A stretch of 64,000 bases of DNA, taken from positions 1 through 64,000 of the forward strand of contig JBDRNC010000038.1 in the NCBI GenBank assembly GCA_043811535.1, read 5' to 3'. The position numbers were made by a program, and so were the translations under genes. This DNA comes from Elusimicrobiota bacterium. GTDB lineage: Bacteria; Elusimicrobiota; Endomicrobiia; Endomicrobiales; JBDRNC01. Positions 1 to 7,941 of the stretch are shown here, one piece after another; within the stretch, counting starts at the first letter, position 1; each line of letters starts with the position of its first letter. Under the pieces are notes generated by a model that had not been told where the DNA came from, made no database searches, and saw only the letters and a program-made list of their open reading frames with translations.

Positions 1-34
1 ACCTCCTCATTAGGTTATTGGTCTAACTTATGGG

Positions 35-63
35 AGAATAGCCCCTTTTCTTTTTTATGTCAA
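35..63 (-). promoter_or_regulatory. sigma70-type promoter for a divergent gene upstream of the window
   Basis: Minus-strand TTGACA (58-63), 17 bp, TATTCT (35-40); reverse-complement SD (ACCTCCT) at 1-7. Confidence 0.55.
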
Positions 64-156
64 CTTCTTAAAAGAAAAAAGAAGCAAAAAAGAAAAACGG
101 AAACAACATAAACAAATTACACACTTTAGTATACACTACCAATTGACCGCAGGGGC

Positions 157-186
157 TTGACATTCCAAATGACATTTTTATATAAT
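157..186 (+). promoter_or_regulatory. sigma70-type promoter of the glycan operon
   Basis: TTGACA 157-162, 18 bp, TATAAT 181-186. Confidence 0.7.
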
Positions 187-274
187 CAAACGGTATGGTT
201 AGGTAAGATGTTCAATAAAACCGGGATGAAACGCGCGGAAGGAATGAAACGGTTTTATTTTTTGATTGAAATCT

Positions 275-286
275 GCAAACGTTTGC
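275..286. promoter_or_regulatory. LacI-family operator
   Basis: Perfect palindrome GCAAACGTTTGC with central CG; recurs at other promoters in the locus. Confidence 0.75.
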
Positions 287-312
287 CAGCAGATTTGTGT
301 AACTTATATCAG

Positions 313-466
313 TTCCGCCAGGGCGGGATTTCACATGGGGCGATTTAGTAACAACGCTTAATGTCAGGTGTCAATCCGCCACGGCGGATTTCGCATAAGG
401 CAATTTAGTAGAAACGCTTAATCCCGCTGAAGCGGGATTTCACAAGAGCAATTTAAGAAAACGCTT
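313..466 (+). repeat. three ~47-nt leader repeats (GC hairpin plus conserved tail)
   Basis: Copies at 313-360, 373-420 and 420-466: CCGC..GCGG hairpin then ATTTCRCA..GCRATTTA..AACGCTT. Confidence 0.75.
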
Positions 467-497
467 GTGGAGTTCAATGTATTCAAGGAGGAATGTT

Positions 498-1118
498 ATG
501 TTTGCAAAGAAAATGTTTTTGTTCGCAGTGTGCGTGTCATTAATCGTCGCGGGAACAGCATTCGCGGCAAGGGTTAAAAAGGACAAAGACGTCAAATCCG
601 GCGACGCGGCCTCCTCGGCAGGCAGCGTTAATGAACCCGTTTCTAAAGCCGATATAATCAGCGAGCTTGATGACCCGAAGGAATGGTCAGTATACACCGA
701 GAATACGTGCAAGCTGCAGCTGCAGGCCGTCCCGGGAAAATTCGGTAAGGCGCTGGAGGCCTCGTATGATTTCGGGCAGGGCGGCTGGGTAGCCATGAAC
801 ATGAAGAAGAGCATGGATTTTACCGTAGTTACAGCTTTTAAACTCTATTATAAAGGCGAAGGCGCAACTAATTCAATTGAAGTAAAAATAAACGATGCGG
901 ACGGCTCCTCTTTCGGGTACCTTTTAAAGACGAAATCAAACGAAAGTGCATGGACGCTTGTTGAAGTGCCCGTATCGGAACTGCAGTACTGGTGGGGCGG
1001 GGACAAAGAACTTGACCTGGCTAAGATAACGGAGTTCCACTTCGCCATCTCCAAAAAAGAAGGGGACGAAGGCGGAACGGGCAAGGTTATCTTTGACCGG
1101 CTGCAAATGGTAAAATAA
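498..1118 (+). CDS. secreted CBM11/CIA30-like carbohydrate-binding protein
   Basis: AGGAGG RBS, signal peptide (..TAFAA), GKALEASYDF..GGW, YWWGGD, DEGGTGKVIFD motifs. Confidence 0.75.
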   Translation: MFAKKMFLFAVCVSLIVAGTAFAARVKKDKDVKSGDAASSAGSVNEPVSKADIISELDDPKEWSVYTENTCKLQLQAVPGKFGKALEASYDFGQGGWVAMNMKKSMDFTVVTAFKLYYKGEGATNSIEVKINDADGSSFGYLLKTKSNESAWTLVEVPVSELQYWWGGDKELDLAKITEFHFAISKKEGDEGGTGKVIFDRLQMVK

Positions 1119-1268
1119 TGAAATAGCTACGATGGCCAAATGGCTTTATGGCTAAATGGTTAAAAGAATATAACTGCAATGGCTAAATTGCTAAAGTCTT
1201 AAACCATTTAACCATTATAACCATATAACCATTTGAATCTGTTTGAAGCAATTTGACCATATAACAAT
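1119..1268. repeat. palindromic 9-mer tandem repeat element (AAATGGYTA / TARCCATTT)
   Basis: Tandem AAATGGC/TTA units followed by inverted TAACCAT units filling the intergenic space. Confidence 0.85.
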
Positions 1269-1280
1269 AAGGTTTATTTT

Positions 1281-3335
1281 ATGCCTGAAGTTAAAGTTCG
1301 TGACAACCGTATCCATGCGGGCGATAAAGAGATTTCGCTCTTAAGCGGCGAGGTCCATTACTGGCGGCACAACCCCGACTGCTGGGAGACGATAATTGAC
1401 CGCGTGAAAGAACTCGGCCTTGAGGCCGTGTGCACATACGTGCCGTGGCACTATCACGAATATAAAGAAGGAGTATATGATTTTGAAGGAAAAACAAATC
1501 CCCAGAGAAACCTTGTCAAGTATCTCGATCTCCTGAAATCCAAGAAACTGTGGCTGATAATACGGCCCGGCCCGTACCTGTATACTGAATGGGTCAATAA
1601 GGGCGTTCCCGATTATTTGGTGCAGTACCACCGGAATCACAAAGAATTCAAGAAACTCTCGGAAGGATATATACGGCGTGTCTGCGAGGTCATCCGCCCG
1701 TATCTCGCGTCCAGCGGCGGCAACATAATAATGGTGCAGGCGGACAATGAGGTTGATATCTGGTCGCGCCTGTACGAAAAAGATATGGGCTTCCTGAACG
1801 AGCCCGGGGAATTCCAGGTTTATCTTGAAAAAAAGTACAAAAGTGTTTCTGAATTGAATACCTGCTGGGGAACTAAATACAAGAAGATCTCCGAGGCAAA
1901 ACCCGCCGCCGCCAATATCATTGAAGACTGCCATTACAAGAAGAGATTCCTGGATTTCTGCGAGTTCCGCCTCTGGTTCTGCGTTGAGGTTTTCAAGTGG
2001 GCCGGGGAAGAATTCCGCAAGAACGGGATAGACGTGCCCATCTCTATGAACGCCTACCCTTCGCATGACATACAGCCCTGGCGCGAAATCCACAAGCATT
2101 GCGACATTTTCGGCGTGGACCTTTATCCCGTCAGGGAGTTTTCAAGCGGGCCGTATGAACAGCGTTGGACAATGGATAGGATGAAGTACATGCACACTTT
2201 CGCCGCGGTCCCGTATCTGGGCGAATTTGAAGTCGGCGTTTGGCCGGGCGCGCATTACAACCTGGGCGTCCTTCCGCCGAACCATTACAGGCTCACGAAC
2301 CTGACCGCCCTGCAGTGCGGAATAGCGGGATGGAACTGGTACATGCTGGCGAACCGCGACAACTGGTACTTCTGCCCGATAAACGAATGGGGCAGGAAGC
2401 GCATGGAGCTTTTTCCCGTGTTTCAGGACCTGGTAAAATGGTATAAGATGATAGAACCCGCCGACTGCAAGCGTCTCACCGATACGGCAGTGACATTTTA
2501 CCTGCTTCAAGAGTGTTCGTGGGATGTCAAACCCGAAAATAACGTAATTCAAACGCTGTACGAATCCGATATAGATTATGATTTTTTTGACGTTGAAACC
2601 GGCTCGCTCAACAGGAAAGTGGTTTTTTACGCCAACAAACAGTACATGTCCAGAAAAGCGCAGAAAAACCTGCTCGACTACGTTGAAAATGGCGGAAACC
2701 TTGTTTTCTTCCATGATTTTCCGAGACAGGACGATAATTTCCAGCCGCTCAACCTGCTCGGAGTTAAAGAGCCGGACAAGATACTTGAAGCCCACTACGT
2801 GGATATAAAACTCGGTAAGGAAACGGCAACCGCCAACAGCCCGATGTTCGTGTATGATACTGTACCAGGAGAAAAAATAACCGCGAAAGTCACCGCGACG
2901 GACAAGCCGAGCCTGGAAGAAGAGATGTCATTCGAGAACCTCGCGAACGGCCAGGAATACACGATAGGCTACCGTGAGAAACGCGGCAAGGGGAGCATTG
3001 TCGTAGTCGGAGTGAAGCCGACCCAGACGCTTGTGACGGCGCTGCACGCGTATTTGGGCGCGGAGATTTACGCGAGAAGCCTCGCGCAGGGCGTTACGTG
3101 CGCTTTGCTGAAAAGGAAAGACGGAAAATATTTTATTATCGCGACAAATAACACAAACGAGCAAAAATATAGTAGAATACTGCTTAGCGAGAAAGTATTC
3201 GGCGCGAAAAAATGGAATGCGAAGAACCTTTTAACGGGAGAAGAATTCACTTTTACCGCAGAACAGGGATTGGCCGTGCCGGTTGGCAGAAAAGACGGAA
3301 CGATAATTGAAATAAGCAGCAAAGACAATGGCTAA
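1281..3335 (+). CDS. GH35 (beta-galactosidase-like) glycoside hydrolase, cytoplasmic
   Basis: SGEVHYWR, TYVPWHYHE, IRPGPY, acid/base QADNE, nucleophile region YLGEF; no signal peptide. Confidence 0.85.
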   Translation: MPEVKVRDNRIHAGDKEISLLSGEVHYWRHNPDCWETIIDRVKELGLEAVCTYVPWHYHEYKEGVYDFEGKTNPQRNLVKYLDLLKSKKLWLIIRPGPYLYTEWVNKGVPDYLVQYHRNHKEFKKLSEGYIRRVCEVIRPYLASSGGNIIMVQADNEVDIWSRLYEKDMGFLNEPGEFQVYLEKKYKSVSELNTCWGTKYKKISEAKPAAANIIEDCHYKKRFLDFCEFRLWFCVEVFKWAGEEFRKNGIDVPISMNAYPSHDIQPWREIHKHCDIFGVDLYPVREFSSGPYEQRWTMDRMKYMHTFAAVPYLGEFEVGVWPGAHYNLGVLPPNHYRLTNLTALQCGIAGWNWYMLANRDNWYFCPINEWGRKRMELFPVFQDLVKWYKMIEPADCKRLTDTAVTFYLLQECSWDVKPENNVIQTLYESDIDYDFFDVETGSLNRKVVFYANKQYMSRKAQKNLLDYVENGGNLVFFHDFPRQDDNFQPLNLLGVKEPDKILEAHYVDIKLGKETATANSPMFVYDTVPGEKITAKVTATDKPSLEEEMSFENLANGQEYTIGYREKRGKGSIVVVGVKPTQTLVTALHAYLGAEIYARSLAQGVTCALLKRKDGKYFIIATNNTNEQKYSRILLSEKVFGAKKWNAKNLLTGEEFTFTAEQGLAVPVGRKDGTIIEISSKDNG

Positions 3336-3497
3336 ATGGCCAAATGGCTAAATGGCTTCAAACAGATTCAAATGGTTATATGGCTATAATGGTTAAATGG
3401 TTAAAAAATATAACTGCAATGGTTAAATTGCCAAATTGCTAAATGGCTGAAGTCTTTAACCGTTTAGCCGTAAAGCCATTTAACAATTTACCAATTA
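3328..3497. repeat. palindromic 9-mer tandem repeat element
   Basis: AATGGCTAAATGGCCAAATGG... then TTTAACCGTTTAGCC...CCATTTAAC; supplies the upstream stop codon. Confidence 0.85.
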
Positions 3498-3501
3498 AAC
3501 T

Positions 3502-5490
3502 ATGTTTAATAAATGTATTCTCATCATCCTTTTCATGGCCGTTATTTCGGTGCCCGCGTATTCCGCGGATATAGACAATATGGACTCCATTGGAGGCTGG
3601 TCAACGGACGGCGACGGAACGATAGAGATACAGAGTATCGTCGGGTACTCCAATAATTCGCTTAAGTGCATATACGATATTACCGGAAAGGGCTATGTTC
3701 AGTTCTCAAAGTCCTCATACGGAAGCCCTGATTTTACCGGGGGAGACGCGCTGGCGCTTACTTACAGGGGATTGGGCGACTCTTACAAGGACGCGAACGG
3801 CAATGACGCGGTTTATAACAATAATATAGAATTGAAAATGTATGATTCCGACGGCGATATCTTCGCGGCGGTGATAGACAAGGCGACGCACGCCGGGAAC
3901 AGCTGGACGACTCTTGTTATCCCTCAATCAAGTTTTAACCTGTGGCTGAACTCGTCTGACGAGCCGTACGGCAACGGCACAAAAAACTGGAACTCTATAG
4001 TAAAATACAGCATAGGCATCACGAAGAATACCGGCGGTTCCGGCTATGTCGAAATAGACAGCTTGAATGCCTACCAGCAGAACCCGCCGGGCACGTACAC
4101 AATTGACAGCTGCGACACAGGGACAAATTCTTTGGGAAACGCGACTTGGAGCGGATATGAACCGTTGCATCCCAATAATGTCACAATGACAGTTGAAAAC
4201 ACCTCTCCTTCGCCCGCGGGCGGGAAGTATTATAAAATAGATTACACGAAATCCGACGGCGGGTGGGTAGTGGGTTTAGAAGAAGATATGACGGTTGTGG
4301 ATGGTGTCCTGAGAAGCTCATTCAATGCCACGGCTTATTCGTATTTGAATTTCTACGCCAAATCCGGGACACTTTCCGAAATACCGAACATTGAAATGTG
4401 GTTTTACAAGCTTAACGGAAGCGGGGAACATGACCTGCAGTCCGTAAAATTGACGGCTTTCGGGGCATTGAGCACTGATTGGAAATTCTACAGCATCCCG
4501 CTTGCTGATTTTAAACTTGCCGACAAAGGCGTGACTTTAGCAGTTCTTACGAAGCTTAAAATCTCGTTTGATATCAGCGCCGGAACATTATATGTAGATA
4601 AATTCTGGTTCTCCGATTCCTCAAACGAGTCCCTGACCGCCGGTTTAAGAGGAGCTTTGAATACTTTTAACGATACCGTCGTGAACAAATTAACCTACCC
4701 GACAGTCACCGATTTGGACGGTACGCTGGTTGTCTCAAGCGTTGAAGGCCAGACCCAGTCAGATAAGGCGTTGCGGCTTGATTATAATTTTGGAGAGAAG
4801 GGCGGCTGGCTTTTATGCGAAAGGGGCACCGGCATAAACGCCGCGATGGACAAGGGGTTCCGCTTCAAATACAAGGGTACCGGCATCGCGAGCCACGTAG
4901 AATTCAAACTTGAAGACAGGAACAATGTGGTGTTTTTCAAGAAATTCTATAACTTTACGAATACAAACGGTGAGTGGAAGACCGCTACCGTCCTTAATAC
5001 CGACCTCACGCTATTTGCGAAGGGCAAGGACAATTCCGAGACGTTTGACCTGAAAAATATCGGTAAAATATTATTCGCGGTCACCAAGTCGGGCGACGGC
5101 GGCTCAGGCACTTTCTACGTTGACAGCATTGAGACCATTTCAGACAAAGACTTCCAGCTGCTCCGACCCGGCAAGATAATAAACAGCGTGAACATCGACA
5201 ACAATCCTTTCTCGCCGAACAACGACGGCGTAAAGGATTACGCGACATTCATATATTCGCTCTCGGATTACGCCCACGTCTGGCTTGATATCTACAACAT
5301 GGCGGGCGAAGTTGTAAGAAGGATAGACGTCGGCGACCAGAACCCGGGAAGCTATTCAACCCTTCAGTGGGACGGCAAGGATGACGGCGGCGGTACCGTG
5401 AATAACGGATTGTATTTCTACAGGTTAAGGGCGAAAAATCCCGATAACCAGAGCGATAACCTTAACCATATAATAATGGTGCTTAAGTAA
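3502..5490 (+). CDS. secreted multi-CBM11-like protein with FlgD-Ig/T9SS-like C-terminal domain
   Basis: Signal peptide; three CBM11/CIA30-like repeats ending G(Y/T)xxxD; C-terminal NNPFSPNNDGVKD...IYNMAGEVV...WDGKDDGG..VNNGLYFY. Confidence 0.75.
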   Translation: MFNKCILIILFMAVISVPAYSADIDNMDSIGGWSTDGDGTIEIQSIVGYSNNSLKCIYDITGKGYVQFSKSSYGSPDFTGGDALALTYRGLGDSYKDANGNDAVYNNNIELKMYDSDGDIFAAVIDKATHAGNSWTTLVIPQSSFNLWLNSSDEPYGNGTKNWNSIVKYSIGITKNTGGSGYVEIDSLNAYQQNPPGTYTIDSCDTGTNSLGNATWSGYEPLHPNNVTMTVENTSPSPAGGKYYKIDYTKSDGGWVVGLEEDMTVVDGVLRSSFNATAYSYLNFYAKSGTLSEIPNIEMWFYKLNGSGEHDLQSVKLTAFGALSTDWKFYSIPLADFKLADKGVTLAVLTKLKISFDISAGTLYVDKFWFSDSSNESLTAGLRGALNTFNDTVVNKLTYPTVTDLDGTLVVSSVEGQTQSDKALRLDYNFGEKGGWLLCERGTGINAAMDKGFRFKYKGTGIASHVEFKLEDRNNVVFFKKFYNFTNTNGEWKTATVLNTDLTLFAKGKDNSETFDLKNIGKILFAVTKSGDGGSGTFYVDSIETISDKDFQLLRPGKIINSVNIDNNPFSPNNDGVKDYATFIYSLSDYAHVWLDIYNMAGEVVRRIDVGDQNPGSYSTLQWDGKDDGGGTVNNGLYFYRLRAKNPDNQSDNLNHIIMVLK

Positions 5491-5495
5491 ATAAC

Positions 5496-5587
5496 AATGT
5501 GTAATGTTAAAAGTGTAATGTGTAATGAAAAAACTATAGAAACGCATCCTAAAATTCATTACACATTCAACATAACACATTACACAA
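5496..5587. repeat. palindromic 7-mer tandem repeat (TGTAATG / CATTACA)
   Basis: ATGTGTAATG...GTGTAATGTGTAATG followed by CATTACACATT...CACATTACACA. Confidence 0.8.
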
Positions 5588-5600
5588 ATATTAGAATATC

Positions 5601-6461
5601 ATGAGAAAAATAGTATCAGCATTTTTACTGCTTTCAATTATCAGCCCGATGGCTTTCGGCGGGGCTTTTGACCGCATAGGCGTAGGCTCGCGTCCTAAGG
5701 GTATGGGCGATGCTTATACCGCCGTCGCGGACGACATATATTCCATATACTGGAATCCCGCCGGGCTTTCGAAGGTCAAACGCAAAGCCATGGCGCTCAT
5801 GTATAAGGACCTGTACGGGCTCGGGCTTGTTGATTACGGATTTTTTAGCTACGTTCAGCCCGGATTCGGACAGGGCACGGTCGCTTTTGGATGGACGCGG
5901 CTCGGGACGAGTTATAAGGTTGATTTCCTTGAATACGCCGAGAATACTTTTGCGTTCGCTTACGGGGCGAATTTCAAGCGCCCGTTCAGGAATTTCTCTT
6001 ACGGTATTGGGATCAAGTATTACCTTGTTGATTATGAAACCGGCAGGGCGTCGGGGTCCGGCCTTGACCTCGCTCTGAGATACCAGAAAGATGACATCGC
6101 GCTTGCCCTTGTCGGGCAGGACGTCAATACCCCGGCTATCTGGTGGCAGACGGGAAACAAAGACACCATTACCCCTAACTACCGTTTCGGTTTCGCGTAT
6201 TTCAGCGATTTTGCCACTCTGGCGTTTGACCTTGACCAGTTGAAGTCTCCGCGCGCGAGACTGCACTTGGGTATTGAAAAGTGGTTTAAAAAGGACGCTT
6301 TCGCGTTGAGAGCCGGCGCCTTTAACATAACCGAATCGATATGGAATACGACCCTGGGTGCGACGATGGGCATTATGAAGGATTTCTCGCTTGATTACGC
6401 TTTTGAGATACATAATGAGCTCGGTAACACGCACCTGCTGTCTTTGAATATGAAGTTTTAA
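5601..6461 (+). CDS. PorV/PorQ (PorP/SprF-like) family outer-membrane beta-barrel
   Basis: G.RPKGMGDAYTAVADD..SIYWNPAGL motif; ends LGNTHLLSLNMKF with terminal Phe. Confidence 0.8.
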   Translation: MRKIVSAFLLLSIISPMAFGGAFDRIGVGSRPKGMGDAYTAVADDIYSIYWNPAGLSKVKRKAMALMYKDLYGLGLVDYGFFSYVQPGFGQGTVAFGWTRLGTSYKVDFLEYAENTFAFAYGANFKRPFRNFSYGIGIKYYLVDYETGRASGSGLDLALRYQKDDIALALVGQDVNTPAIWWQTGNKDTITPNYRFGFAYFSDFATLAFDLDQLKSPRARLHLGIEKWFKKDAFALRAGAFNITESIWNTTLGATMGIMKDFSLDYAFEIHNELGNTHLLSLNMKF

Positions 6462-6469
6462 GAATACTG

Positions 6470-6547
6470 CAATGGCTAAATGGCTAAATTGTCGTATTGC
6501 TGACGTCTTATGACGGTAAACCATTTGACCATTTTGCCATTTAACCA
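6470..6547. repeat. short copy of the 9-mer palindromic element
   Basis: CAATGGCTAAATGGCTAAAT ... AACCATTTGACCATTTTGCCATTTAACC. Confidence 0.8.
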
Positions 6548-6549
6548 AC

Positions 6550-7755
6550 ATGAAGATATATGTTTTATTGCTTTGCTCTTTGTTATATCCCGGCCTTCTG
6601 ATCGCATCGGCTGATGTTATCATGGTTGACGATTTCAACGGCAAGAGCGTTAAACTGAACAGTCTGAAGAAAGAGACCGGTATGTGGTGCACGGAACCCA
6701 AGGAATCAGGCAGGGGCATTGTGTTGTCGTTCGGTCCCGATTCCAAGGATAATCCTGACGGCGCCAGTTTGAGGATAAAGTACGATATAGAGCCGATAAG
6801 CCGCGATAGAAAACCGATGTGCGGTTATTGGACCCAGGTCGGGCGCGATCTCAGGAATTCAAAGTACCTTAATATCAGCGTGCGCGGGGATTCCGACTTC
6901 GGTTATCCCAAGACGTTTGTAGTAGAGATTAAGGACAAGGACTACAAGACGGGTAAATACACGCTGGAAGGCGTCACGAGCAAGTGGCAGACATACAAAA
7001 TATCGATAGGAATATTCAGGGAAGTCCAGAGCTGGGATAATATACTTGAAGTAGGCATACTGTTCCTTGAATCCATGCAGCGCGACCGCGGCGCCGTCTT
7101 CATTGACGATATATATTTCACCGGAGGAGAAGACGATGCCATCGGTGGCGCGTTCAACTCCATGGAAATCAAAGGCGCGGTTACACTGGACGGTAAATTT
7201 TCCGATTGGGAAAAGAGAAGGATGTCACGGATTCAAATGGAAGGAAAAACGAACCTTGAATACGGCGATATACTTAACAGATCCGATCTCTCAGCAGATA
7301 TATACAGCCAGTGGGATAATGAGCATTTGTATTTTCTCGTTGACGTGAAAGACAACCAGCTTGTAGTGGTGGAAGAGACAGGGCAGATGCAGGAAAGCGA
7401 CGGAGTGCTCTTTTATTTTGACGGAAATTGCGACGGATTTATCTGGGGCGATAAGGATGACAGCTGTGTTCTTTTGCTTCCAAACGGCAAGACGGTTGTC
7501 CTGACGGGAGATGAACAGGACTCTGCGGAAAACGGAATTAAATACGCGGTATCAACTTCCGCGAGCGGCTATGCGGTTGAGGCGGCGTTTTCGTGGGATT
7601 TTCTGAAAATAAAACCTGAAAAAAACAAGGAAATCGGCCTTTCTATCGCGGTCCAGGACCTGGATATTTCGCCCAAGACCAAGAAGGGCAGGATAAACTG
7701 GGTGTACAAGACGAAATCCGGCGCCGTTGATTTGGGAAGAATGACATTAAAATAA
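6550..7755 (+). CDS. secreted protein, CBM11-like plus CBM9/DOMON-like sugar-binding domains
   Basis: N-terminal VDDFN..SLRIKYD..GAVFIDDIYF; C-terminal LDGKFSDW..DLSA..WDNEHLYFLVDVKD..GYAVEAAFSW. Confidence 0.7.
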   Translation: MKIYVLLLCSLLYPGLLIASADVIMVDDFNGKSVKLNSLKKETGMWCTEPKESGRGIVLSFGPDSKDNPDGASLRIKYDIEPISRDRKPMCGYWTQVGRDLRNSKYLNISVRGDSDFGYPKTFVVEIKDKDYKTGKYTLEGVTSKWQTYKISIGIFREVQSWDNILEVGILFLESMQRDRGAVFIDDIYFTGGEDDAIGGAFNSMEIKGAVTLDGKFSDWEKRRMSRIQMEGKTNLEYGDILNRSDLSADIYSQWDNEHLYFLVDVKDNQLVVVEETGQMQESDGVLFYFDGNCDGFIWGDKDDSCVLLLPNGKTVVLTGDEQDSAENGIKYAVSTSASGYAVEAAFSWDFLKIKPEKNKEIGLSIAVQDLDISPKTKKGRINWVYKTKSGAVDLGRMTLK

Positions 7756-7930
7756 ATGGCTAAACGGTTTAATGGCTCGATGGCTGAACAGCTAAAGAAA
7801 ATAACTGCAATGGCTAAATGGCTTCAAACAGATTCAAATGGTTATATGGCTACAATGGTTAAATGGTTTAAGACTTTAGCAATTTAGCTATTTAACAATT
7901 TAACCATCGCAGTTGTATTCTTTAGCCATA
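7753..7930. repeat. palindromic 9-mer tandem repeat element
   Basis: Shares CTTCAAACAGATTCAAATGGTTATATGGCTA with the 3356-3386 copy. Confidence 0.85.
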
Positions 7931-7941
7931 TAAATGAAAAA

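Noticed and set aside
313..466. CRISPR array
   Set aside because: Only three degenerate units, no unique spacers of uniform length, no cas genes
5634..6746. Long minus-strand ORFs (also 27411-28292, 37774-38769 and others)
   Set aside because: Antisense shadows of well-supported plus-strand genes with no recognisable motifs
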